NCBI GenBank assembly: GCA_964584785.1
Contig: CAZPBY010000001.1
Coordinates: forward strand, 74,718 to 138,717
Reading direction: 5' to 3'
Source of the DNA: an uncultured Solibacteraceae bacterium
Lineage (GTDB): Bacteria; Acidobacteriota; Terriglobia; 20CM-2-55-15
Length of the DNA stretch: 64,000 nt
In this document: positions 9,302 through 20,628 of the stretch, one piece after another
Position numbering within the stretch: position 1 is the first letter of the stretch
Layout of the letters: the number at the start of each line of letters is the position of its first letter
The notes under the pieces: model-generated
What the model saw: only the letters and a program-made list of their open reading frames with translations
Told to the model about the DNA's origin: nothing
The model's database searches: none
Program-made: the position numbers and the translations under genes

Positions 9302-12148
9302 TCAGCGCGATGGTTTCGGAACCCAATTCAGGATGACTGTAATCGGAGAACTCAGAGAATCGCCTACTGTTGAATTGAGCATGAAAGATTGACCGTCCGG
9401 TAAGACAACGTACTGCTGCCGAAAGACGTTGACCGCGGTGCTGCCGATATTCGTCAGGAAGAGCGGAACCGGAGTACCGGGTTCCAACTCTTCGCCGTTA
9501 CGCAGGGATTGGATCGGAACCGCCATCATTCGATCATCCGGAGCAATGTAGAACAATTCCTTACCGTTCGGGTTCCAGCGCACCTGAGTGCCCCCGTCTG
9601 CGGTGACTGGCGTATCCGATCCCGAACCTGGAAATCTCCGCAGGTAGATTTCATTGCGGCCGGTCTTGTCGGATTGATAGGCGATCCATTTCCCATCCGG
9701 AGAGAACTGCGCGAGCTGTTCGTTGAATTCAGTTTTAATGACCTCTCGCGGAGTTTTGTCGCCTTCCATCGGGAGAACCCAAAGGTCTATGCCAGTTTGC
9801 GAAGTCAGGATGCCGTATAGCAGGAATCGCCCATCGCGTGACCAGTCCATCGGAAACTTCGGCTCTGCCGTGGACAGGAGAGTACTCTCGCCTTCCCCAG
9901 TTGGGGCGCTGAGTAGTTTCGAGTGCAAGTTGATGGCCCCACCAGCGCCTTCGTCTTCGGCGAACACGATGCGTAAGCCGTCCGGAGACCAAAGCGGATA
10001 GAGGTCGTCTCGCGGACTGACGGTGATTCGATCCCAAAGATGGCGCACGCGGTCATAGGACCAGATATCCATGTTCTCATTGACGAGCCTGAAAACACCC
10101 ACGTGACGGCCGTCCATGGAAAGGCCCGGACCGAGGGCAGCCGAGTCGGGATAGGTGACACGTTCGAGTTCTTTGCCTGTTCGATCGACCCAGACGAGCT
10201 GCCGTAGATTGCTGTCCGGTGACGGCGTTCGATATGCGATGGGCCCTGCCTGCGACGCCGACAGATAAGTTCCTCCGTTGACACCCTGCGCAATTGGAAA
10301 TGGCTCTCCCGTGACCTCCAGGCGATCTGCATCGAACGCCTGCGCGAACAGTGTTTGCTGGCGAACGAACAAGAGATGTCCAGTGGCGCTATACACGGCG
10401 GCTGAATCCGCATCGAACAAGCGTTTGGCATCCGGCTTATCAAGCTGGCCAACATACACGCCGCGAGCTTCAGCATTTCCACCGACGAAAAAAACAAAAT
10501 GACGGCCATCCGGCAGGAACTGGGGAAAGACGTGAGACCGATGAGTGGATTCGAGCCGCGTTACCGGCATCGGCTCTCCGCCCGCCGCTGGAATTCTAAG
10601 CAGAGGAACGCCAGGAGTCTTCGAAAACAGGATCACGTCGTCCGTGTTCCAGGTAAGCCCTTGCGGCAAGCCCGCGACCTTGAGGATGGTCGTCGCCACT
10701 CCCTTGTCGAGGTCGAAACGCTTGAGCTTGGAATCCGCATTGAAGACAATCGACCGGCTATTGGGTGACCAGCTCGGCGCCCCACCTCCCGCCGTTCCCG
10801 GACGAGGACGGGCAGACGTGGAGTCCAACGAACTCAGCCACAAGTGCACCTGCCCCTCAAATGGGGCATTGAAGACAATACTTCGCCCATCCGGCGAAAG
10901 GGCAATAGAACGGCTGCGTGCCGGTGGCGTATTGATCTCGAGACGGACCTCCGCCGCGGCAGCACGAGGTCTCGAGGCCAAAACACCGAAGACAACGGCT
11001 GCAATCGTTACCAGAGCTAATACGGATACCCAGGCAATGCGTTCGCCACGGCGCGAATCCGATTTCGCGGTTTCAAAGCGGTCCGCTGTATTCACTCGCG
11101 AATCGGCGACCTCGAGCTGCACATCATGGAAGTCGCGCAGCCGCAATGCCTGGTCTTTCTGCAAACTGCGCCGCAGCAAACGGCGGATACTCTCCGGCGT
11201 CGAGGCAGGCAATCGGCTCCAATCCGGCTCGCTCTTTAAAATCACGGCAATTATTTCGCCCACCGTCTCACCTGGAAAGGCGCACTGTCCAGTGAGCATT
11301 TCATAGAGCACGCAGCCAAATGCCCACACGTCCGAACTGCGATCGGCCTCCTTTCCGCTCGCCTGTTCCGGTGACATGTATTGCGCGGTTCCCAAAATCA
11401 TTCCGGGTATGGTGGGAGCCATTGTCGGCGAATTTGAAAGCTCGGAAACCGTGCCACTCGCCGCACGCGTCTTCGCCAGGCCAAAGTCGAGGACTTTAAC
11501 GGTGCCCTTCTCCGTAACTTTGATGTTCGCGGGCTTCAGGTCGCGATGAATGATCCCTTGTTCGTGCGCCGCTTCGAGTGCCTGAGCAATCTGACGCGAA
11601 ATCGATAGCGCCTCCTCGAGTGGAATGGGTTGCCGCGCGATGCGTTCCGCCAGCGTCGGTCCTTCAATCAACTCGAGCACGAGTGCGTGGCGCCCCTCAC
11701 CCTGTTCCAGGCCATAGATCGCGCCAATGTTGGGATGACTCAACGAAGCGAGAACGTGCGCTTCGCTGGTAAAACGGGCGAGCCGGTCGGCGTCCAGAAT
11801 AAAGCTCTGCGGCATGACTTTGACGGCGACATCGCGCCGGAGCTTCAGATCATGCGCGCGATACACTTCCCCCATGCCGCCTCTACCAATTAAAGAGTGA
11901 ACCTGGTAATGCGCGATCGTCCGGCCGATCAGCTCCGATGAATCGTTTCCAACGAGATTGGCTGCGATATTGGATAAGTCCCTGTCGAGGACGTTGTCTG
12001 CGATTCGCTGAAGTAATAAAGACTCCACCTCACGCCGCAATTCCGCATCGGCACATGCTTGCGTCAGAAAAGAAGAACGTTCAGGCGCGGCCAGCTCAGC
12101 GGCCGCCTGATAGAGTTTTTCAACTTCTTTCCAGCGCTCCGGCGTCAT
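9302..12148 (-). CDS. Ser/Thr protein kinase with C-terminal TolB-like (PD40) beta-propeller
   Basis: Hanks kinase motifs (GRGGMGEVYRA, VAVK, HRDLKPANI, DFGLAK). A transmembrane segment. PD40-type repeats (FSPDGKWIAYQSD...). ATG chosen at 12148 (MTPERWKEVEKLY); the track ORF extends to 12340. Confidence 0.85.
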   Translation of the reverse strand: MTPERWKEVEKLYQAAAELAAPERSSFLTQACADAELRREVESLLLQRIADNVLDRDLSNIAANLVGNDSSELIGRTIAHYQVHSLIGRGGMGEVYRAHDLKLRRDVAVKVMPQSFILDADRLARFTSEAHVLASLSHPNIGAIYGLEQGEGRHALVLELIEGPTLAERIARQPIPLEEALSISRQIAQALEAAHEQGIIHRDLKPANIKVTEKGTVKVLDFGLAKTRAASGTVSELSNSPTMAPTIPGMILGTAQYMSPEQASGKEADRSSDVWAFGCVLYEMLTGQCAFPGETVGEIIAVILKSEPDWSRLPASTPESIRRLLRRSLQKDQALRLRDFHDVQLEVADSRVNTADRFETAKSDSRRGERIAWVSVLALVTIAAVVFGVLASRPRAAAAEVRLEINTPPARSRSIALSPDGRSIVFNAPFEGQVHLWLSSLDSTSARPRPGTAGGGAPSWSPNSRSIVFNADSKLKRFDLDKGVATTILKVAGLPQGLTWNTDDVILFSKTPGVPLLRIPAAGGEPMPVTRLESTHRSHVFPQFLPDGRHFVFFVGGNAEARGVYVGQLDKPDAKRLFDADSAAVYSATGHLLFVRQQTLFAQAFDADRLEVTGEPFPIAQGVNGGTYLSASQAGPIAYRTPSPDSNLRQLVWVDRTGKELERVTYPDSAALGPGLSMDGRHVGVFRLVNENMDIWSYDRVRHLWDRITVSPRDDLYPLWSPDGLRIVFAEDEGAGGAINLHSKLLSAPTGEGESTLLSTAEPKFPMDWSRDGRFLLYGILTSQTGIDLWVLPMEGDKTPREVIKTEFNEQLAQFSPDGKWIAYQSDKTGRNEIYLRRFPGSGSDTPVTADGGTQVRWNPNGKELFYIAPDDRMMAVPIQSLRNGEELEPGTPVPLFLTNIGSTAVNVFRQQYVVLPDGQSFMLNSTVGDSLSSPITVILNWVPKPSR

Positions 12149-12276
12149 CGTTTTCGCGTCATTGTCGCACACAGTTTCAACTGCTTCCCGTGGTATGTTC
12201 AGTCCATGAGCGGGTGGCGTCAAACACCATGCGCCTGTTGGCGCACGCGGCGACTGGACACGGAAAATGAGGAGAA

Positions 12277-12963
12277 ATGACGACCAACGAAGTAATCCAG
12301 AAACTGAAATCGATGGGGACTGAACAGACTCGCAAGACATACCGGCGGCATGGCGTTCAGGGTGAATTGTTTGGTGTGAGCTACGCCGGCTACTCTGCGT
12401 TAAAGAAGCAGATCAGAGTCGATGCGGACCTTGCGGGGCAATTGTGGAAATCCGGCAATCACGACGCGCGAATTCTAGCCACGATGATTGTGGACCCGGC
12501 CGAAGGCCTCCGGCTGCTCGACGATTGGGTGAAGGATCTGGATAGCTATCCAATCGTGGACGCGCTTGCAACGTTTGCAGCTCAAACGGCTGTCGATGCT
12601 AAAAAAGTCGAGAAGTGGATGAACAGCAAAGACGAGTGGACGGGCAGTTTTGGTTGGACGCTGTTCGCCAGGCTCGCGCGAGAGGATGCGCATTTTTCAG
12701 ACGCGTCGCTCGCGAGCTATCTCGACGTCATCGAACGCAACATCCATCGGGCAACGAACCGCGTGCGCCATTCCATGAACTCGGGCCTGATTTCAATCGG
12801 CGCTCGCAATAAGGACCTGCAAAAGAAGGCGCTCGCTGTTGCGGCCCGCATCGGCAAAGTTGAAGTCGATCATGGCGACACCGACTGCAAAACACCCGAC
12901 GCTGCGCAATACATCCTGAAGATCGCCGCTCGCAACGCCAGGTCCAGGAGCGCCAAAGCCTGA
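12277..12963 (+). CDS. DNA alkylation repair enzyme (AlkD/AlkC-like HEAT-repeat family)
   Basis: 228-aa ORF that resembles the PF08713-type DNA alkylation repair protein family in size and composition. It is divergent from the kinase gene. Confidence 0.65.
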   Translation: MTTNEVIQKLKSMGTEQTRKTYRRHGVQGELFGVSYAGYSALKKQIRVDADLAGQLWKSGNHDARILATMIVDPAEGLRLLDDWVKDLDSYPIVDALATFAAQTAVDAKKVEKWMNSKDEWTGSFGWTLFARLAREDAHFSDASLASYLDVIERNIHRATNRVRHSMNSGLISIGARNKDLQKKALAVAARIGKVEVDHGDTDCKTPDAAQYILKIAARNARSRSAKA

Positions 12964-12993
12964 CGCTCAAAGTTTCCGCGAAAAATCGCAGCC

Positions 12994-13073
12994 CGAAAAA
13001 TCGAGGTCAGCCCGGTTGTTGTCTTTTTTCGGAACAATAAAAGGATCACAACCAGGCTGACCTCGATTTTTTC
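12994..13073. terminator. bidirectional intrinsic terminator between convergent genes
   Basis: CGAAAAATCGAGGTCAGCC ... GGCTGACCTCGATTTTTTC: a 19-nt inverted repeat with an A-run upstream and a T-run downstream. The ~42-nt centre can itself fold. GAAAAATCG and CGATTTTTTC are duplicated on either side. Confidence 0.45.
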
Positions 13074-13089
13074 CCGATTTTTTCACGCA

Positions 13090-13503
13090 TCACACTGGAG
13101 GGGCCAAGAAGCTGATGGGATCGCGGCCGAAGCGGCGGTACACCGTAAAATCAGCTCGATCGATCGTGATTACTGTGGATTCGCGCCAGACTTCCGCCAT
13201 ACGAACCATTGCGGCATCGGCCAGTGATACCTTTCTATCGGAGTAGTGCTCGATAATCCGGCGCAAGTCGGCGGTATGTTCTTCGAGTGTCAGTCCAACG
13301 ATCAAGTCTCCCGCCTCGACCATCTCCAGCAAAGGAACTGCGGTATTGAGCCAGTAGGCAGTTTCGGTGAGCACCGGCTCATTGGTATAGAGCGGCCATT
13401 GCAACGACTGAAGAGTTTCGGTCGCCCATATCCTCAACTTCTTGTTCTTTTCATTGCGATTGAGGAATGCCGCCAAAGGACCGGTGTCGACCAGATATTT
13501 CAA
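13090..13503 (-). CDS. vapC: type II toxin VapC (PIN domain)
   Basis: 137 aa with PIN acidic motifs (LVDTGPL, TNEPVLTE, DAAMV). Its ATG overlaps the antitoxin stop as ATGA. Confidence 0.8.
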   Translation of the reverse strand: MKYLVDTGPLAAFLNRNEKNKKLRIWATETLQSLQWPLYTNEPVLTETAYWLNTAVPLLEMVEAGDLIVGLTLEEHTADLRRIIEHYSDRKVSLADAAMVRMAEVWRESTVITIDRADFTVYRRFGRDPISFLAPPV

Positions 13504-13730
13504 TTGTGAAATTTTGCACGGATGGCGGCGTTGGTGGCAGTCGCGTTCGGGCCGGAGACCGCGCCCGCCCAGCGGGCTGCCACCGGAGGAAGACCGCGGC
13601 CCGAACGCCGGATCTTCTCGTCAATTCCGTTGCGGACAACCTCCGCCTTAGTCAGACCGTTCTTTTTACAGAACGCTTCCAGGTCAGCCGCCCGTTTTTT
13701 GCCAAGTCGAATCGTCAATAGGTCCTTCAT
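13500..13730 (-). CDS. vapB: ribbon-helix-helix type antitoxin (VapB-like)
   Basis: 76 aa. N-terminal beta-strand plus helix (LLTIRLGKKRAADLEAFCKKNGLTKAEVVRNGI). Translationally coupled to vapC. Confidence 0.6.
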   Translation of the reverse strand: MKDLLTIRLGKKRAADLEAFCKKNGLTKAEVVRNGIDEKIRRSGRGLPPVAARWAGAVSGPNATATNAAIRAKFHN

Positions 13731-14011
13731 GACTCAATGTTATACAAATTTGTGCAAAGTGCAATACATCACAGCCGCGCGACTCAGACGAGGATCACCC
13801 ACGTCAGGGTGGAGTACGGATTCACGGATTCGGAATCGACATCGACAATGCGTGCGGCGTTGAGACACGAATCCGTTCAGTTTTCGGTGGGATGGGCGAC
13901 GCTGTCGATGAGAATGAAATCGAGTTCGCCCTTGGGCGACAACCAGCGGACGGAATGACTGACTCACGCCAATACTTGCACGCGGCGTTCAAACATTCTA
14001 TCGTCCTGCTC

Positions 14012-15097
14012 ATGACGAAAATGTCGACTCTGCTCAGTGATCCCAACGGACAGATGATTTCCCGTCGCGAGTTGTTCGCCGCCATTGGCGCTGCGGCGGT
14101 CACGATACCGGTCGCGTCGTTCGGCCAGACGAGTGCCGGCGCGCAGCGCGGAACTGGGCGAGGCGGCGCTCAGCGCGATACCACGCCGCTTGTTCCGCCG
14201 TTCGCAGCGACCGGTTGGAAAACCGTGTGGCTCGATCACCTCTCCTATCGATGTTCGGACTACGCGAAGGCAGCGGCATTCTATGTCGCGCTCATGGGTT
14301 GGAAGGTGAAGAGCGACAACGGAACGCAGGCGGTGCTCGAAATCGGCGACGACTGCGGCGATATCATCATGCGGAGCGGTCTAACGGTGACTGCGCCGGC
14401 GGCGCTCACGGACGCCAGCCCCGGCGCCACACACGCACAAGCCATCTTCGACGGCTTCGCCTGGGGCATCGAGCCGTGGAATACGGATCAGGTGAAGGCG
14501 GAGTTGGACCGCCGCGGGCTTTCACCGGTCGCGGACCACGCGGGATCGGACTACAAGGCATTCCACATCAAAGATCCGGACGGCTTCGATCTCTGGATCA
14601 CCAATGGAACGCGATCGCTGCGACGGAAAACAGTCGCGAACGGAAAACTTCGGGCATCCTTGCCGTTCAAGCCCACGAACTGGACCACGCGTTTCGTCGA
14701 TCATCTCTCATTCGAGGTAGCGGACTATCGCCGCTCGACCGCGTTCTACCAGGCGCTGCTGGGCTGGCAGGTGCGTGGCGCGCCGGGCCCCGGCCCCGCC
14801 TGGCCGGACTCGCCCAACTCGTTCACGGTAAGGATGGGCGATGCGGCCGGCGCGATTATCCGTAACGGCGCAAGCGGCCAGGCCAATCGTGTCACGGCAA
14901 CCATCGGTCACATCAGCTTCGGAATCGCAGACTGGGACAAAGATCGCGTACGCGCCGAACTCATCGACCGCGGCATCGTGTACGACATCAATGGTCAACG
15001 CATGCCACGCGCCGATATGGCCGGAGGCCTGGAGAGTTACCACGTCCCCGATGCCATGGGCTGGGATCTACAGATCAGCAATCGAGTGACGCCCTAG
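14012..15097 (+). CDS. VOC (glyoxalase/bleomycin-resistance/extradiol dioxygenase) family protein with two VOC domains, Tat signal
   Basis: SRRELFAAIGAAAV twin-arginine signal. Two repeats, each with VDHLS...Y..A..FY..L.GW. ATG at 14012 (alternative 14021). Confidence 0.7.
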   Translation: MTKMSTLLSDPNGQMISRRELFAAIGAAAVTIPVASFGQTSAGAQRGTGRGGAQRDTTPLVPPFAATGWKTVWLDHLSYRCSDYAKAAAFYVALMGWKVKSDNGTQAVLEIGDDCGDIIMRSGLTVTAPAALTDASPGATHAQAIFDGFAWGIEPWNTDQVKAELDRRGLSPVADHAGSDYKAFHIKDPDGFDLWITNGTRSLRRKTVANGKLRASLPFKPTNWTTRFVDHLSFEVADYRRSTAFYQALLGWQVRGAPGPGPAWPDSPNSFTVRMGDAAGAIIRNGASGQANRVTATIGHISFGIADWDKDRVRAELIDRGIVYDINGQRMPRADMAGGLESYHVPDAMGWDLQISNRVTP

Positions 15098-15202
15098 CTC
15101 ATGAACCGAAAACGAAGACAGGCGGGTGCGGATGGAGTACAGCCGGAATCTTGAGAGAAATCTCTGTTGCACCTTTTTCTGAAGTGTTTTAAGAAATCTG
15201 AC

Positions 15203-15916
15203 ATGAATGCTGCGGCTACCGGCTCAAAATCTGCTATCGAACACAAACGGACGCAACCAAAACCGTGGCACTTGAAGTTGGAGGCCTACAAACGAGAGCA
15301 AGCCCGGATATCGCGGAAGAGCCTTTACAAGACGTCACTCTTTTATGCCAGCTACGGAATGATCGTTCTCGTCTTCACGTTGCGGTCGAAACATCCTGTG
15401 ATCGGCCTCATTTTCTATTTGCTGGGTATGGCCTCGTACACTCTGGTCGAGTACGTCACACACCGCTGGCTTTTCCACTTCAAGTTCCGGGACAGACCCG
15501 GAATCGAGCACTACCTGTACAAGATTTTCGACTCGCTGCACAGTGGGCATCACGCGAACCCTATAGATGGAGATCACATCAACGGTGACCTGCGTGATCT
15601 GTTGCCTCTCTTCATCGTCGCAGCTCCGCTGAGTTTTATCGCCCCGATTTACACGTTGCCGGTCATGCTCGCCGGCAACGTGCAGGGCTACGTCGTGACG
15701 GAGTGGATTCATCATTCGATGCACTTTTATAAATTCCGCGATCCTTATTTCCGCTACGTGCGCCGGCACCACTTCTATCATCACAGCCCCAAAGGTGTCG
15801 GTCGAGGGTTCGGAGTGACCAATGGCTTCTGGGACATCTGGTTCAGGACCCGCTATCCGGCTGAAATACGGTGGGCCCTGCATAAGAGGCCCAGAAGCAA
15901 AGTACCGCAGTCATAA
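15203..15916 (+). CDS. fatty acid hydroxylase / sterol desaturase superfamily membrane protein
   Basis: Histidine boxes HRWLFH, HSGHH, HHSMH and RRHHFYHH. Hydrophobic segments. The start is uncertain (ATG 15203 versus TTG 15167). Confidence 0.7.
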   Translation: MNAAATGSKSAIEHKRTQPKPWHLKLEAYKREQARISRKSLYKTSLFYASYGMIVLVFTLRSKHPVIGLIFYLLGMASYTLVEYVTHRWLFHFKFRDRPGIEHYLYKIFDSLHSGHHANPIDGDHINGDLRDLLPLFIVAAPLSFIAPIYTLPVMLAGNVQGYVVTEWIHHSMHFYKFRDPYFRYVRRHHFYHHSPKGVGRGFGVTNGFWDIWFRTRYPAEIRWALHKRPRSKVPQS

Positions 15917-15929
15917 TGATGAACCCATC

Positions 15930-16709
15930 ATGAATCCCCGGGGTTACGCTCTGGTAACCGGGTCTTCGCGAGGCATTGGAAGTTCCTTCGCTCGGGCTCT
16001 CGCCGCGCGTTCCTGGAATCTCATCCTGGTTGCCCGAACGAAGGATCAACTCGACCGGCTTGCGAGTGAGTTGTCAACCGCGTTCGGTATTCGCGTCGAA
16101 ACAGTCGCGCTCGACTTGGTGTCGCCTGAAGCCGCTGCCGATCTTGCCCGGTTCCTGTCGGAGCGAGCACTCGACGTGGAATTACTTGTCAACAATGCGG
16201 GGTTCGGCGATCGCGGAGAGTTCTCGAAGCTGTCCATAGACGAACAATTGAACATGATCCGGTTGAATGTTTTCACGCTGGTCGAGATCACACATCGGCT
16301 GCTGCCGGCGATGATCGCCAAAAAGCGCGGCGCGGTCATCAACGTATCTTCGACAGCCGGCTTTCAGCCCATGCCTTACGCCGCCGTTTACGCCGCAACG
16401 AAAGCCTTTGTCACAAGTTTTTCGATGGCACTATCCGAAGAGTGTCGACCTCATGGGATCGCCGTCGTGACCTTGTGTCCGGGCCCCACACGCACGGAAT
16501 CCCACACCAACGAAGATGCCCGGTCCGGTTTTCCTGGCGGACGCCAGCCCGCCGCCGAAGTTGTCGAGGAAGCTTTACGGCAAATGGATCACTCGGGCCT
16601 GGTCGTCCCACGGCTGATCAATAAACTGATGGCGTTTTCAAATCGTTTGATGCCGCTTCAAGTGAGCGCGAAGATTGTTGCACGCACCATGCGCGTAGAG
16701 GACACATAG
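15930..16709 (+). CDS. short-chain dehydrogenase/reductase (SDR)
   Basis: TGSSRGIG cofactor motif, NNAG, and the YAATKAF catalytic Y-x-x-x-K. ATG at 15930, 14 nt after the upstream stop. Confidence 0.85.
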   Translation: MNPRGYALVTGSSRGIGSSFARALAARSWNLILVARTKDQLDRLASELSTAFGIRVETVALDLVSPEAAADLARFLSERALDVELLVNNAGFGDRGEFSKLSIDEQLNMIRLNVFTLVEITHRLLPAMIAKKRGAVINVSSTAGFQPMPYAAVYAATKAFVTSFSMALSEECRPHGIAVVTLCPGPTRTESHTNEDARSGFPGGRQPAAEVVEEALRQMDHSGLVVPRLINKLMAFSNRLMPLQVSAKIVARTMRVEDT

Positions 16710-16818
16710 CTTCCCGAAAGACGAAGCGTAATTGTCGGCAAGTGGTTTGCCTCAAGAGTTCTAATGAGGAACGAAACAGTACCCGAACGGGCCACTTTTC
16801 GCCAAGACGATGACTTTT

Positions 16819-16852
16819 GAGGCAAAGCCTCCGGCAAGCCTTTTTTTGCCTC
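16819..16852 (+). terminator. possible intrinsic terminator after the SDR gene
   Basis: GAGGCAAA...(GCC-UCC-GGC)...UUUGCCUC with an internal U7 run. The structure is ambiguous. Confidence 0.3.
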
Positions 16853-16876
16853 TTCTTCCCCGTCTTTAGTTTTTGT

Positions 16877-16946
16877 TAATTAAATCAATTTATAAATTGA
16901 ATAAATTAATTGACACGTCTATTTAAATTCATTAATAATCGTTCAT
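16877..16946 (+). promoter_or_regulatory. AT-rich promoter/operator region with a 16-bp perfect palindrome
   Basis: About 80% AT island in a high-GC genome. Perfect palindrome TCAATTTATAAATTGA at 16885..16900. TTGACA (16910..16915), a 17-nt spacer, then TAATAA (16933..16938). The ATG at 16948 lies ~9 nt after the -10 element, so the leader is very short or absent. Confidence 0.4.
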
Positions 16947-16947
16947 C

Positions 16948-17331
16948 ATGGATATTTCGAAGGCGCTCTGCCCCGATTGCCGACAGCCCTTGAAAGTTGG
17001 TCGAATGTCTTGTTCGTCGTGCGGTCTCTCGATGGAGGGTGATTTCGACCTGTCCCCGCTCGGCAAACTATCACCCGACGATCAGGCCTTCGTCATCGCC
17101 TTCGTCCGGCATCACGGATCGATCAAGAAAATGGAGAGCCTGTTCGACATCAGTTACCCCACCGTTAAAAACCGGCTCAACGCCATCGGAGCCCTGCTCG
17201 ACAAAAGCTTCGAAGCCCCGACCCCGAACTTATATGTGCTCGAGCAACTCTCCCGCGGCGAGCTAACCGTCAGCGAAGCCCTCGACCGTCTCAGCTCTTC
17301 AGGTTCGGCTAAAGAAAAAGGAGAAAAATGA
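16948..17331 (+). CDS. DUF2089-type zinc-ribbon + HTH protein
   Basis: CPDCRQPL...CSSCG zinc ribbon followed by a helix-turn-helix-like C-terminal half. 127 aa. Confidence 0.65.
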   Translation: MDISKALCPDCRQPLKVGRMSCSSCGLSMEGDFDLSPLGKLSPDDQAFVIAFVRHHGSIKKMESLFDISYPTVKNRLNAIGALLDKSFEAPTPNLYVLEQLSRGELTVSEALDRLSSSGSAKEKGEK

Positions 17332-17735
17332 TTATGTCGGTTGAAACCAGGAAAGTGCTCGAAATGCTGGCTGCCGGAAAGATTACACCGGACGACGCCG
17401 AAAAACTTCTGGATGCGCTGAACGCATCTCCCACGGATTCCCCGGAAGCTTCAGCGGAGGCTGGAGCAGCCGGAACCAGGAAGCAGCGATTCCTGCGCAT
17501 CGTTGTCGAGAAGCCAGGAGAAAAACAGACCAATGTTCGAATACCGCTGGCGTTTGCAGGTTTGAAACTCCTCGGTGTACTTCCCACTAATGTCAGCGAG
17601 GGGCTGAGCGAGTACGGGATCGACGTGCGGAATCTCAGCTCGATGAAGGAAGAGGATCTGGCGAGGATTTGCGAGCAGATGAATATCGACATCGACAAAG
17701 GAAACGGCAAGAAGGTGCGGATCTTTTGCGAATGA
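17328..17735 (+). CDS. small SHOCT-like/YvlB-N-terminal-like protein, partner of DUF2089
   Basis: ATGA overlap with the upstream stop and an AGGAG SD. N-terminus VETRKVLEMLAAGKITPDDAEKLLDAL. Confidence 0.5.
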   Translation: MIMSVETRKVLEMLAAGKITPDDAEKLLDALNASPTDSPEASAEAGAAGTRKQRFLRIVVEKPGEKQTNVRIPLAFAGLKLLGVLPTNVSEGLSEYGIDVRNLSSMKEEDLARICEQMNIDIDKGNGKKVRIFCE

Positions 17736-17772
17736 CTGTCGTTCCTTCGAACAAAATCCGTTCTGGAGATGC

Positions 17773-20397
<2,625 letters not shown>

Positions 20398-20628
20398 CGA
20401 TGGTCTGCGGACAGCATCTTACCAAAAGGTGCCCTTCATGCATCCGAGGCTGTCGCGCCCTAGTATCGGCGGGTGGGTATGGATTTTCGTTTCGGCTTAC
20501 AACCGCTGGATTATCGCGCCCTGGCGCTGCTCCATGAACTGGTCATTTGATGGGAAGACTCAAGCCGGACGCCTCGAATACCGAGTTATCGACAACCTAC
20601 ACGCTTGTCCTCGAAAATTGCTTCTGAG

